Shown in pieces: positions 36,638-50,800 of a stretch of 64,000 bases of DNA (position 1 is the first letter of the stretch; every line of letters starts with the position of its first letter). Location of the stretch: positions 36,828,001-36,892,000 of the forward strand of contig NC_086379.1 of assembly GCF_036588685.1 (NCBI RefSeq), in the 5' to 3' direction. The position numbers were made by a program, and so were the translations under genes. The notes beneath the pieces were generated by a model, which was not told the origin of the DNA, searched no databases, and saw only the letters and a program-made list of their open reading frames with translations. The DNA is from Mytilus trossulus. Its lineage: Eukaryota.

Positions 36638-37251
36638 CATTAAATTTTTATACTGAATCGAGGAATAAGAGAAAACATGATTTTTTTCACTAGGAAATAA
36701 AGCGGTAAATAAATAAATATATAAACATGTTTTATTTGTAATTAAATTACTTCATTAGTTGATATGAATTCCTTAGTTTTGTTTTTATAAAACTAAACAT
36801 GTTATAAGTGTGATAAAATGATATATTATATGGTATTTGCATAAAACATCAACCCTAAACACCAGCAAAAGACCTCATATAATAAACATGTGGTTCATTC
36901 TATATTTCATGTTTTTAAAGAAAAGGCATTTAACTATAAATATTTATATAAACAATATTAAAATCTTCGAAAGGATATGTTAAAATATGTGCTTCATTTA
37001 TATCTGTACAATAAACAAGAATGTAACTTAAAACTCCTTTAACAAAAACCTTACGTCACAATCAGTTGTAACAATGGAAAATGAAATATATTGCATACTT
37101 ATTACATTGATATCCTTGCAGGGTCTACAAGGTGATAAATCTTCTTGTTTTGGGGTGGGAGTGTTTAATGCTGGCTACCATTGTTCAGGTCTGATACACG
37201 TCTTATAAACTATATAATTCGACTAAAAAACAAATATGAAAGGTCAGAAGT

Positions 37252-37528
37252 CTTTACAGCACATTTCAGTCAGTATGTAGCTAATTGTAATATCTTTGGT
37301 TAGCTTGCTTGTTAGCTGAACCGTGAAGTCATTGTTATGTAAGGTAAACTTCCCTCCTTTAATATTAGACTAGCCCAACAGATAAAAAATATATCTCTCT
37401 GTAGGACTAAGCTACTTTAAAAGGAGGGTAGTGTACCTAACCTAACAATGACTTCATGGTTCAGCTAACAAGCAAGCTAACCAAAGATATTACCATTAGC
37501 TACATACTGACTGAAATGTGCTGTAAAG
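37252..37528. repeat. Near-perfect foldback inverted repeat (~95-bp arms)
   Basis: CTTTACAGCACATTTCAGTCAGTATGTAGCTAAT...GTCATTGTTA / TAACAATGAC...ATTAGCTACATACTGACTGAAATGTGCTGTAAAG. Confidence 0.8.
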
Positions 37529-37651
37529 TGTTGTTATCGATAAATATATGATTGTATATGATATTAAAAATAAAAGTAAGGAATAGAAGGAGTCAGTCAG
37601 TTGTTGTTTTAACATTGTCACAGTTGCATGAGTTGTAAATACATATTTTAT

Positions 37652-40600
37652 TTATATCTTGTTGTGCTTTCCAACGACGGTTTGGCAGTTTGGGCAGTTA
37701 TGTACTGTATCTTTACACGAATCCACACAGAATGGAATGAAACAACATCCGAGATCACATCTGTAAAAGTAAAATAAGAAAACTTAATTATAGACAAAGA
37801 CGTTCAGGTGTTGCATACTATCGAGAAAATGTAAAAAGAACAGAAAAATAAAACAGTCAACTGATACATTTATCATGTTTATTACTCATGTTTGCTTATC
37901 TAGCTTAGTCCTTAAAAAATCAAAAGATTTAAAGAAACTACCAACAAACAAAATAATATTAATAGAAACAAGTCATTTTAAACCCCGCTAAATATATATA
38001 TATATATACGAACATGTAGTATGTTGTTTTATTGACATAATGGATGTTATCTGCTACTAGTATTTAATCTTTGTAAATATTGAACGTATAAAGAAGTTTT
38101 TCATATGCACGACATGTTTAGGGAATACCTTAAGTCGGCCTCATATCTTGACTTACATCTAGTAATTGACAATTTTGGTCGGTTGAAAACAGAACTTAAC
38201 GACAAAAGAGATGATTTCAGCTTTCCAATTGTGAACTTTCCATTTCTAAGTATCAACATTCCAGAAGCATCTTCATACGGGGTATATATCTCCCAATTGA
38301 TACGACATTCCCGTGCTTGCATTTCCCATCATGATTTTCTTGATAGAGGGAAGCTATTAAACCAAGAGTTTCAAATGGTGAAGTTGAAATCATCCCTTCG
38401 TAAATGTTACGGACGCCATCGCGAGTTGGTTGACCTTCATTGAGTAACCGTTTCACAAATAATATCGGATATGTTCCTTACGTCGTTACTACAATCCCCT
38501 TCCCTTTCATGACTGTGACTGCCGAATTAGACTATTTACCGGATATTTTATAACCTAAGCAACACGACGGGTGCCAAATGTGGAGCAGGATCTGCTTACC
38601 CTTCCGGAGCACCTGAGATCATCTCTAGTTTTTGGTGCGGGTCGTGTTGCTTATTCTTTAGTTTTCTATGTTGTGTCATGTGTTCTATTGTTTGTATGTT
38701 TGTCTTCTTTCATTTTTAGCCAGGTGTTGTCAGTTTATTTTCGATTTATGAGTTGACTGTCACTCTGGTATCTTTCTTCACTCTTTTATTGGATAGGCAC
38801 TCTCGTGTTCAAAGGTTTGCACAATTGAGCTTACATATAGTCATTGTATGACAAAATGTCAAATAGTGAGTAAAATATCAATTCATTGACAATTAGCCAG
38901 GTGATATGTGAACAAATGTGCATTCCTGACAATGATAGAGGAGAAGTCAACGATTGATTTCACATAATTTAAGAACAAAAGATATAACGGACAATCAAAC
39001 TCCTCCTCCTCCTTCTTATGGTATCCAGTTATCCGTCAGATTTTTTATGATTACTAACTGCTGCGCATGCGTAGGATAATAATAATTAACAGTGCTAAAA
39101 ATAAACAAATACTAACATGACATGTGGCTAAAACTATTTACATAACTACTAGGTTTACTGTTCTATATTGTTGAGAACAGTGGGTGTCAACTGTCAAACT
39201 ATCAGTAAACTGTTCACCCAACATTTTTCACTACCATTCGAAACAAATGATTCAACGGACAATAAATATATCAGTATTCCACAAACACCTTTCGCCATCA
39301 TTCAGAACAAAAATTTTAACGGGTATACAAACTATCAGTAAACTTTCAACCAACACTTTTCACCACCATTCAAACTTACAAAAGATTTAACGGACATTCA
39401 AACCATGTAAACAGTGAAACTTTTCAAAACCTTTCGGAATAAAAGACTCAACGGGCAATCACACTATCAGAAAATCATTCATCTGATGCATTTTCCACCG
39501 CCATTCAGAACAAAAGATTCAAAAAAAACTTGTAATATAAGTAGACCTTTAACTTTATCATCATCTTCCACTTAATACTTACCCTATGAAACAAAGACCT
39601 AAGCAGGCAAGCCATGTCATCGTCCCTATCTCCTTACGTGTACCGGTAATAATATGGTTTTGACAGGCCGGACAGGTCATATTGACTGGAAATTCTGCCA
39701 TCCCAGTAGTTATCAGGGTAGTAACAGGTTGTGTGATGACAACAGTTCCGGACTGTCCGTACCCTGTGGGTTGACCATATCCTGTAGGTTGTTATAATTA
39801 AAGTTTATAGATTTGATATGATTCATTTTACATCATAATGAAGGATATCTGTTAACCAGAATATTTAACATTTGTTCATGATTTTAATAATTGTTTTTGT
39901 TTTGTTGAGGTCGTACCCTTTTAGACTTGCTTATTATGTATTATATTTATATACTATACTGATTTAATTTGTATAATTCGAAAAAAAGTTTAAAAAAACA
40001 CTTAAAAAAAATAAAATCAGGATATCACATTCAAATAGACGAATTAATGTTATTTTGCATTTGAATTTTACTGTTATAAACATCTAACCATCTCTTTAGT
40101 TCGTTATATGTAGTATTAATTGTTCTATCCTGTCGTTTACGTTATTTCCGTTAATGAACTTTATTGGGCATATCTTGGCGACAAGAAAACAGCAGGGGAT
40201 ATCGTTTTAGAAGGAGACACGACCAGCAATAATTTGAGAATTTTTTATTTCATGCAGTTTTAGATAGCAAGGTCTTGAATCACTAGACGCACTTCTTCAT
40301 TCCACGCTTTCATGAATGTCAACCGACTGATTCAGAGGTATATTTTGAAAGTAAGTTCATTGAAAACAAGTCAGGTATATACGGTATGGGCTTTGCTCGT
40401 TGTTGAAAGTCATACGGTGACCTATAGTTGTTAATTTCTGTGTCATTTGGTCTCATGTAGAGTTGACTCATTTTTTATATATTATTTTGCAAAATCTCAT
40501 GGAATCATTGAAGCTAATGATTTAATTGTAGATGTCATGAGTATTTGTGTATTTATATTTATGTTTATGTTTATGTTTATGTTTATGTTTATGATTATGT

Positions 40601-41248
40601 TTATGTTTATGTTTATATTTATATTTATATTTATGATTATATTTATGTTTATGTTTATGATTATGTTTATGTTTATATGTATGCTTATGTTTATATTTAT
40701 GTTTATGTTTATATTTATGTTTATGTTTATGATTATGTTTATGTTTATATTTATGTTTATGTTTATGATTATGTTTATGTTTATATTTATGTTTATGTTT
40801 ATGATTATGTTTATGTTTATATGTATGCTTATGTTTATATTTATGTTTATGTTTATGTTTATGTTTATATTTATGTCTAAGTTTATATTTTATCTATGTT
40901 TATGTTTATGTTTATGTTTATGTTTATATTTATGTTTATGATTATGTTTATGTTTATATTTTATCTATGTTTATGTTTATGTTTATATTTATGTTTATGT
41001 TTATGTTTATATTTATGCTTATGTTTATATTTATGTTTATGTTTATTTTATGTTTATGTGTATGTTTATGTTTATATTTATATTTATGTTTATATTTATG
41101 TTTATATTTATATTTATATTTATATTTATGTTTATGTTTATGTTTATGTTTATGTTTTTACTATTCTGTTGCTGTCTCATTGATTTATCATCAGCATATC
41201 TGTATACACATATTCACCTTGATCATAAGGTTGTTGTTGAACTGCCAT
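37652..41248 (-). CDS. LITAF: LITAF-like gene 3, complete (coding exons 41248-41218, 39781-39583, 37760-37652)
   Basis: GT-AG, phase-compatible: [30 protein letters not shown]...[73 protein letters not shown]. Confidence 0.9.
38125..38790 (+). mobile_element. 5'-truncated Penelope-like retroelement fragment (RT C-terminal region plus 3' tail)
   Basis: [37 protein letters not shown]...[13 protein letters not shown] motif; 3' tail sequence shared with copies at ~43660-43930 and ~46660-46850. Confidence 0.7.
40550..41157. repeat. (ATGTTT)n hexanucleotide microsatellite in an intron of LITAF gene 3
   Basis: About 100 units of ATGTTT with ATATTT, ATGATT and ATGCTT variants. Confidence 0.95.
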
Positions 41249-42261
41249 ACCTCTCTAAATGTCCTGTTAAAATACAATGTGTGAATTTTATAAAAAGGAG
41301 TTAAGTGGTCTTTTTTTTATTCCCTCTTCTTTCGTTTCGCTGTCAATAATCCAGACTTCTAGCACTTTCTAGAGAATATTACAATTGGACTAAATAATAA
41401 TATTGACTGGTTTTAAAAAATTAAGGCATGGATTTATACAGCTGGGTCAAATTTTACAAGCAATTAGAGGTAAAGGAATATTTCATTTTCTCTTGATTGA
41501 TCAGACGACTCCTTAAAGGAATTATTGTCCTTTTATGAATATTTTGGACCAGTTGTGGCGTTACTTTTTTTCTATTATCTTGAATACAATAAATGTATAA
41601 TAGACATATATAGAAACTGTAAACAACATACACACAACCAGCAAACATATCAAAAATAAAAAAAATCAATGATTGCCCTTTAATGAGTATTTTGACCAAT
41701 TTAAGCGGTAATTTTGTCTATCATCTTAGAAACAATGATAGATATGCAGAAATATCAAACACCTTACATAATCAGCAAAAGTAATATAAGATATACAAAA
41801 ATGTCAACAACACTGAACTAATCAATTCACTCCCTCTGGAGGAGTTATTGCACTTAAAATAACGATTTTCACCAGTATAGGCATTTCCGTCTTTTATCTT
41901 AAAAATAATAGAAATAAGAAAAGAAAAGTTCAATGGTGTATCTCTGTGCTTTTTAAGAATCTATGTATATAACTAAGGCAGCCAATTTTAGCATTTCATA
42001 TTGGGGCAGCTGAGGGTGAAACAAACATTTTTTTTTCTTAGTGTCAAAAACAAATTATGTTTTTCTCTCCCAAAACTGGAAACAAACTTTTTTTCCAAAA
42101 AAATCAATAGCCCCCCCCCCCCCCCCCCCGAAAATCAAATGGTTGTTGTCTAAGAGTTTAGAGCGCGAAGAACTGCATACAAATATCGCAAAATTTATAA
42201 TAATTATCCGAGATGTAGTAAGTTAAATATCAGGGAAATAGTAATACAAATGTATAGAATA

Positions 42262-42838
42262 TTATATGTTATTCAGGTCTCAGACAGGGTATATACTGTG
42301 ACATTCCCGGCTTAGAGTTTATATCCCCTGAGCCGAAGGCGAAGGGTATATAAGCCCTAAGCCGGGAATGTCACAGTATATACCCTTTCTGAGACCTGAA
42401 TTACACATATATTACGGATTACCCCTGACTTAATGTTATTTTCCAGTGCAGGTATTTGTTGACAACACATTTAAATAAGTTGAAAAACCAAACCTGAAGG
42501 ATTTTTTTAATTTGCTGTGAACATAGTTTTATCGTGTATGTAATAATTTATAATAACACTTTTAACATTAAATTTAAGTATTAAAAGTGTTAATTGCATG
42601 ATTTTGTATCAAAAATGTTTTATTGACTGAAGCACGTAATTATTTTCCCTCTGTGAGCCTCTGACAGTCTGATAGCTTTTGACTTCGTCACATAGTAACC
42701 GGTGTTATGATGACGTTTTTGAGGTTCCAATTGGGGATAAAAACGTCGTATATACCCCGGCAGTTTCCTGAATATATACTGACATCTCTGTGTTGTTATC
42801 CAATCACAAACCTCGACACATTTGTAATCCGTAATATA
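42262..42838. mobile_element. Crypton-like non-autonomous palindromic element
   Basis: ~60-bp arms (ATTCAGGTCTCAGA...CCCGGCTTAG / CTAAGCCGGG...TCTGAGACCTGAAT) around GAGCCGAAGGCGA, plus a second inverted pair ATATTACGGATTAC / GTAATCCGTAATAT. Confidence 0.5.
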
Positions 42839-44006
42839 CGTTAATATTGGGGGGAAAAGGTCAACGATTTTGACTTTGAATTATTCTTTCTCATATTCCA
42901 ATCATTCAACAATGTCCTTTGATTATGGTCTCCTTGTCGGATTTGGAATATAGGTCATTGCATGGCTTAATCCCATTCGTTCAAAATAAACTCCATATTT
43001 AGGTGCCTGTAGTTTATCGTTTGTTTTTGGTTCTTTTCTGTCATATTTGTTTTTTGTAAATAGTATTGCTATAAATAAGACCAAAAGTTGTTTTCCATTT
43101 TTTAAGTCTTTATCTTTTGTAGCCGATTACGGTATGTGTTTTTCTCATTGTAGAAGGCAGTAAGGTGGCCTATATAATTACTTACATCTACTTCAATTGT
43201 ACTCTGCATGGTGAATAGTTGTATCAAACACATCTTCGACTATTTGAATAAATTGTCAAATATTTCCTACTGTAAAAGATAAAAGTCACTGTTACTTACT
43301 TGTTTTTAATGTACTTGTGTACAGTCAAATCTGTGTTAGAAATTGGAAAATTCACAGCAGGAATTTAAACAGGTTTTTAGATTTACATTCACGTTAACTA
43401 AGTTAAATCGTAATTAGCTAGTATATATAGTTGTATATAATTATATTCAAGGATATTTCATTATTCTACAGCTATTAAATTTCAAAGTTGCTATTATTTA
43501 CACTATCTTATCATGATAAATCTTTTTTAAATGTCATATTGATTTTAAAACGGTACAAAGAAGTCGAGAACGTAACAAGACACCATGAGATAATTATTTG
43601 GTATTTAAATAATGCAACCCATGTACACAAATTAGTTCATACTTAATATCATGTCGCAGAAAAGAGGGGCGAAGGATACCAGAGGGATATTCGAAGTCAT
43701 AGATCGAAAAGAAACTGAAAACGACATGCTAAAAAATAAAAAGACAAACAGACAAATAACAGTTCACAAAACACAACATAGAAAACTAAGAAACATGAAC
43801 CCCGTCAAAAACTTGGGGTGATCTCAGGTGCTCTGGAAGGGTAAGCAGATCCTCCTCCAAATGCGGCACTCTTCGTGTTGTTCATATTATGACAAACCTG
43901 GTAAAATGTCTAATTTGGTAGGACGTTTTCGTGGAAAGAGGACTGGATTGTAGCCACGACTTAAGAGATAAACTCATCATAGATACCAGGACTAAATTTT
44001 GTATAA

Positions 44007-45282
44007 GGGGACGACCATTTGATATTCTGGGAGGGGGGACAGGAGAATTTGTTTTTGATCGGTTATTTATTTTTGTAAACTAAGGGGACAGATTATTCAT
44101 TTTCTGCACTATTGAAGCAAGATTTTCATTTTCATTAAAGCAAGGGACTGATTATTCATTTTCACAATTATATTAATGATATCGAAAAAAAAAACATTTT
44201 TTAAGTGATTTGTTTGTTTTAAATGCATGATACATGTATAGTCAAGTCATTATATGTACCATTTAATTAGAATTAATCATCATCCTCTGAAGAAATGAAT
44301 CTTTTATAATCCACCTGCATATATATGCATATATATTGCATACATACACACATAGTAGTAAATGTTGGTTGTATTAACCTCTTTTAAAAGTATTGGTTTA
44401 CATATATATTTCGCCAAAAAAATTTTTGAAGGGTTTTGGAGCCACTGAAGGCTCAAGAAGCTATAGAACAAATGTTGCAAAATCATGCTTTCTGACTTTT
44501 TCAAAGACCCTTTTCATAGTCTGAAAATACAAGTTATGTTTTAATAATTTTTAGCCAATATTTTGGTCTCAAGGCAAAATGTATAAATTCAGTGTAAGAC
44601 TTAAGTTTCTAGGGACAGCATCAGTAAATAGACCAATGTGCATGATTAAAAAGCAAAAATGAAATTCACATAGCTAAGTCTGTGGCTGGTTTTTTTTTTT
44701 AACTCATGATCAAATTTATTACAAAATTACTAGATTACAAAAGGAATGCAACACTAACAGAATACCGAAAGGCAATCAATGAACAAAAGAAAAATAAATA
44801 AGAAACATTGATCCCGAAAAATCAGAACTATGTCTGAGGGAAACAGAACTTGCTCCTTGCAAGGCACTTGCCGTAAACACAATATGATATGGAGACGCGT
44901 TTGGTTTTGAAATTTCCTTCACGAGGCATTTACCTCAATGTAGTTTCGACCCTGTTAAAATAAAAGTGAGGAAAGGTTTCCTGAGACAATATACCTCAAG
45001 TTAAATGAAACCAATTTTCAGACATTTCAAGTATAATCAAATTATTTTTACTAAAACAATTGGGAAGTGCTTCCCGATTTTTTTGGGGGGAAAAGATGAA
45101 TTTATGAAGAATCTGATGCCATCTCATACTTTCGATTAAACCTGCTGAGTTATTTATTTTCAATACATTGCCAGTCAGGTATTTTTTTTAAAACATTTTT
45201 TGGGGTGATTATTAAGGCTGAGTTATTTATTTTTAAGATCCTCCTGCCCCCCCCCCCCCCAGAATATCAAATGGTCGTCCCC
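44007..45282. mobile_element. PIF/Harbinger-type MITE
   Basis: TAA|GGGGACGACCATTTGATATTCTGGG ... CCCAGAATATCAAATGGTCGTCCCC|TAA: perfect TIRs with a 3-bp TAA TSD. Confidence 0.85.
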
Positions 45283-47881
45283 TAAAGATACATATCTGAT
45301 ATCTCCTGTGAAACGCATATTCTGTGACGGTCAACCAACTCGTGATGGTGATAAATTTAAGAAGGGATAATTTTAGATTTGCCATTTGGAACTTTGGGTT
45401 TAATAGCAGCAAATAATGTTTTTGTCTCATGTCTAACTTTGTTATAAAGTCTAAATATGTGTGTGTGTTTTAATAATAAATAAATAGTTGGAAAATCAAA
45501 GTTTATATCAGATCTACATCCACAACTTTGTAAAACACATGTTCAGTAGATGCTTTGTAAGTTGAATAAACACCCGATGTTTAAGTGTTATGCAAGTTGA
45601 ATATACCCCGTGTTTGAATGTTATGTAAGTTGAATAAAACACTCTGGGAAAGCACTCATAAAAAGCACTTTTTAAAACCATAATTTACAGGAGAAAAATA
45701 AATCAACACAGTCAAGCGGGGTTCGACCGTGGACTAGTGGGACTGGGGCTTACGGCAAAATCGTTTTATTAATTTTTTTTCTTCACCCCACAAAAAATCA
45801 AAAAAAATCGACATTAGTTAGGGGAAATTCGCCTAATTGCGGACACTTTTTAAAAATCCGGAATTTGGATACCGTAGAGGCCAATTGCGGACATACTGGT
45901 GGTTGCACTGGACAGGAAAGGATAGAGGGGTATCAAACGGACTTTTTCCCGCGGTTTTATGTCACCTCTCTTGATTGGTAGATTGGAAATACTCAAAACC
46001 CGCGGAAATGCGCAGTCGTGTAAATGCGGACATAGGGAGTTAAAATACGGACACCTTATCGTCAAATTGCGGACACTTATTTTTTTTAAATACACTTGCC
46101 ATTCAAAACGAAATTACTATGTCTATATATACGATTACCTTTCATGAATACCCCTTCATTGCATCTTAAAGCATGTCTGAGAATAGGTTTCGCACGTTAA
46201 CTTGTAATACACGTGGAAAGGTGAAATAATAATAATCAAAAGTATGAATATCTCAAAAATTTAAATTATTAAATGATATTAGAAACAGGAGCTATTTTGT
46301 GCTGACAAATTCTTTTGTGACTATTGTCTATCAAGATGTATACATGCAAATATACATGATGCTTTGGTGATAATTATCGATTTCAAATCGCATGGTATTC
46401 GTTTCTTTCATTTTTTAGTTTCATAATCACTTTAAAATCAATTAGTTCGAGAGGATAAGACATCTTTGGGCTTGATATCCAAAACATGTAGACATTCTGT
46501 AAAGACAGAGAGAGAGCAATATATAGACTTAAAAACCCAGCTTTGAGCAGGACGTTTTTCAGTTTTTGACCTAGTGAAGATGGGTGCAATTGGGTGGCTA
46601 TTCTAACATGCATGTATTTTAAGTCCTTGACTGACTAATCAGCCCTTACATATTTGATGTGGGGTTCGTGCTGTTTATTCTTTAGTTTTCTATGTTGTGT
46701 CATGTGTACTATTGTTTGACTGTTTGTCTTTTTCATTTTTAGCCATTGCGTGGTCAGTTTATTATCGATTTATGAATTTGAATGTCCCTCTGGTATTTTT
46801 TTTTATCTTTATAAATGTCCCTCTTGTATCTTTTGTCTCTCTTTTACCATCAACTTTCATGAAATGAAATTAGAGTATAGTAAAGTAAAGTTAAACAGTT
46901 AAAGGAAGTATAGATCAAAAAAATAATTTTCAACTATTTATTTTATTATTGTATTAAGGTATAAAAATAATGAAAGTAATATTTTAATATGTATTTGCAT
47001 TCTATTTGCTTTCGATTTAATCTTTTTTACCCCAAAAACATAAATATGAGGAACAATTTTGAATGCTGACAAAAAAGGGGAATTCTAATTCAACAACGTT
47101 TGTAACGTTCATTTTGATTGGATAACGTCACTTTTGACATGGCATCAATTGACAATTGATGCTATGCCGGGGACTTACGCACAAGCGCAGACGGCATATG
47201 ACAGGTTTTAAATACATGTTTTAACGTTGTTTTCTGACAGTTTCATCAGAATGGAGATAACTTGCAATATTGTATTTTAAGCTATAACACGTCGCCAGTA
47301 AACTTAATTTGCGACCATCAAATCCCCAATTGATGCCGTCGGAGCTTAAAATACAATACAGTTATCTCCTAAGTGCAGTGGCGAATCCAGGGGGTGGTCC
47401 CACGGCGCACCGGACCATCCCTTGTGAGATAATGCGAACTCTAGAAATTAATGCCCCCACCAGTACGTATGCCAGATAAAGAAAAGATGGCCTTCTTTCT
47501 CGACAATTACGCCAAATATATAGAAGAGACGAAATCATAAGAAAGGAATATATTACTAGTAGATGTGTTGCCTACTATACATACTCGGCAAAAACAGATT
47601 TATGATTTGAATGCATTCCGTTTTTATGGATTTGAATGCTCTACATTAACTTTAAACTTAAGCATTTTTTCAAAGGATAATTTAACATTTTTTTTTAATG
47701 ATATTTGATGATAAATAAGATTTTAAACTTCAGTTTTCTAATAATTTTCTTTCTAACAAACCCAAACTATAACGAAAGGTGACGAGATCGAATTAGCAAG
47801 AATTATTTTTTACTTCACACAGTGTACCGGAAATCAAAATATGAATTGTGGGCAACGCGGACTTTTCAAAAATAAACAAGT

Positions 47882-50800
47882 ATGGAGATGTCACAAAAAA
47901 AGGATATAATGATGATGCTGGAATCAGAACGCCTAAAATCTTTTCAAAGATGGCCTTTCTCCGAAGAGTGTAGATGCACACCGGAAAAGGTTTTCCATTT
48001 TTTTTTTTTAAATTAATAAAATCTAATTTTTTTTGATAATTTAATAAGAAAATAAAATTATAATGATCATGTTCCACAGCTACATGTAGTTAATTGTTAA
48101 TTGAATGTGGCTTTTGTAATAATTTCTATCGCATGCATTAAATATTAAATATTAAAAAATGTTTCGGGTTCATCATCATGATCATTGACATTTCAGTAAA
48201 ACAATCAGGACTCGGCAATTGCATTTTTTTAATTTATGGCACTTGTGATTTTTTGAACTCAACTATTGACAAAACTTCTGACATGGTTAATGAACCCATG
48301 ATATAAGTTCCATAAAAGCCTAGAGAAAAAAGACACTTGAGAGTGCCTTCAAAACAATTTTCTTATGATTGATATTTTAAAGGGACAAAAATTTAAAATT
48401 TTCTCTTTTGAAAATAATGAGAGACATATGATGACTAAACACTTGCAAGCATTAAAAGAAAATAGGAGACACATCATGACACAGCTCTTATGTTTTTAAA
48501 GACAACATATGACACAACACTTTTTAAAAGGTGCAGGAAACACTAATAAACATGGAATATGATACACATGACACAGCATTAATGTTAAACATGGAACATG
48601 ATACACATGACACAGCATTAATGTTAAATATGGAACATGACACACATGACAGCAGCATTAATGTTAAACATGGAACATGACACGCATGACACAGCATTAA
48701 TGTTAAACATGGAACATGACACACATGACACAGCATTAATGTTAAACATGGAACATGACACAGCATTGATGTTAAACATGGAACAACAGACACAATACTT
48801 GTGTTGGACTGTTCAACACAGTCACAGGGCATGAATCATATGACAGAACATGCAACACATTATGATACAACAATGAAACATACCTGTAATCAGAGTACAG
48901 TACTGAATGTGAAACCTACTTTTATTTCAAGCACAACACAGAATACTCAATAGGAAACACCTTTTAATCTTTAAGCATATAAATACTATGAAACTGAGAG
49001 GTTGGTAATACATGTAATATAATATAATATTATTAATTCGTATAATTTAACAAATTTGATTCGTTAAGGGATAGTCACATGTTAAACTATATTTTCGAAG
49101 GTAGAGAGAAAACGGCGTATAGCAAAAAGCATATTGACCGGCAAAAAGCATATCGCACGGTTATTTTTAGAAACCGATATACTTTGTGACGTCATATAAT
49201 GAATTTCAGGATATTGTTTAATGTTTTGAAACACATGATATCTGTGATCGATAATTTGACGAAAAAAATCTTCAAATACATAAGATGTAAAAAAATAAAG
49301 TAAATTAAATAACAACTAATATGTTGTTATTGTCAAGGAGACAAATTGATGTAATACATGTATCTATAAAATTCCAACAAACATAAATGACGATTTTGAT
49401 ACAAATATGGTCGGAAATTAATAATATAACAAATATAGCCTTTGTATGAGGTCAATACAGGATATATCGACCCAAAGAAGTATATTGACCTCGGACTTCG
49501 TCCTCAGTCAATATACTTCTTTCAGGTCAATATATCCTTGTATCGACCTCATACAAAGGCTATATATAATATTGCATTTTTATATAAAACAGCCTTTTTC
49601 AGACTATTGAACATGTTGAAAGCTCTATTGAAAAAAAATAAACACATTTGAATTGTATTAATAATTGCATTCTGAAATTTGATATTTTTTTCTTTTTCAG
49701 TTAGCTAAAGCTGGGTTTTACAGTTGTGCAACAGAAAATGAACCAGATGCTGTACAGTGTTTTATGTGTTTTAAAGAATTAGATGGATGGGAACCAGATG
49801 ATGATCCATGGTGAATATGATTTTCGTGGGTTTTTTAATTTCGTGGATATATTCTTTCCATGAAAAAAACGAAATTAAATCCTCCACGAACATTTCTGCT
49901 TTTACAGTATACATTTTGTATATTGTACATTGTACATGTAGTTGTAATAATTTTCAGTATAAATCTGTTGAGATAAAAAAAAACATCTGTAAAATATTAC
50001 AGACACGTCAAATTGAAATTCAATTGTAATGAATGTGTTTTTAATTTGCAATTTAACAGTTTGTTTAAAACATTTTTAAATGAACAATTTTATATATGAA
50101 TGGCAGGAATATTCAACTTCAATCTTGATTGACTATAGGCAATGATAGGATTGTCAGTTTTTCTTCCAAAAATATTGGTCCTATCTTCAAACTTCATATC
50201 TCTCCAATAACAAAATCTGAATGATTCATGAAATAAACAAAAGTGTTGATAGTGGCTTGAAACACAAATCAATCTATTAATCCTGTAAATGAACACATGT
50301 ACCAGTTCTGCCTTCAACATGTTCAAGTTACTAATTTTCTTACATATATGTTAAAGCTGTCCTTTTTAAAAAAAAAAAGACCTTTGTGCATGATTTTCAA
50401 ACATGAAGGTAAACATATCTGGCTTTTTTTATGCATTTACATGTTTACTTCATTTATTTGTTAAGTGATAAGGTATTCTTATGTATTTCAGGCAAGAACA
50501 TAAGAACCATTCACCGTCCTGTCCTTTCCTACAACTGACACAACCTTTAGAGAGTATGACATGTGAACAAGTGTTAAAGCTAGAGATGACTAGAAATAAA
50601 AATAAATCTGTAAGTAAAGAGAGTATGACATGTGAACAAGTATTGAAGTTAGAGATGACTAGAAATAAGAATAAATCTGTAAGTACAGAGACATGTGAAC
50701 AAGTATTGCAGATAGAGATGAAGAGAAATAAAAATAAATCTGTAAGTACAGAGACATGTGAACAAGTATTAAAGTTAGAGATGACTAGAAATAAAAATAA

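Noticed and set aside
40447-41304. ORFs of MFMF/YVYV/LCLC repeats
   Set aside because: Translations of the stop-free (ATGTTT)n microsatellite within an intron.
47855-47870. CDE/CHR-like cell-cycle element upstream of survivin (CGCGG...TTCAAA)
   Set aside because: Short motif in AT-rich DNA with non-canonical arrangement and an unknown transcription start.
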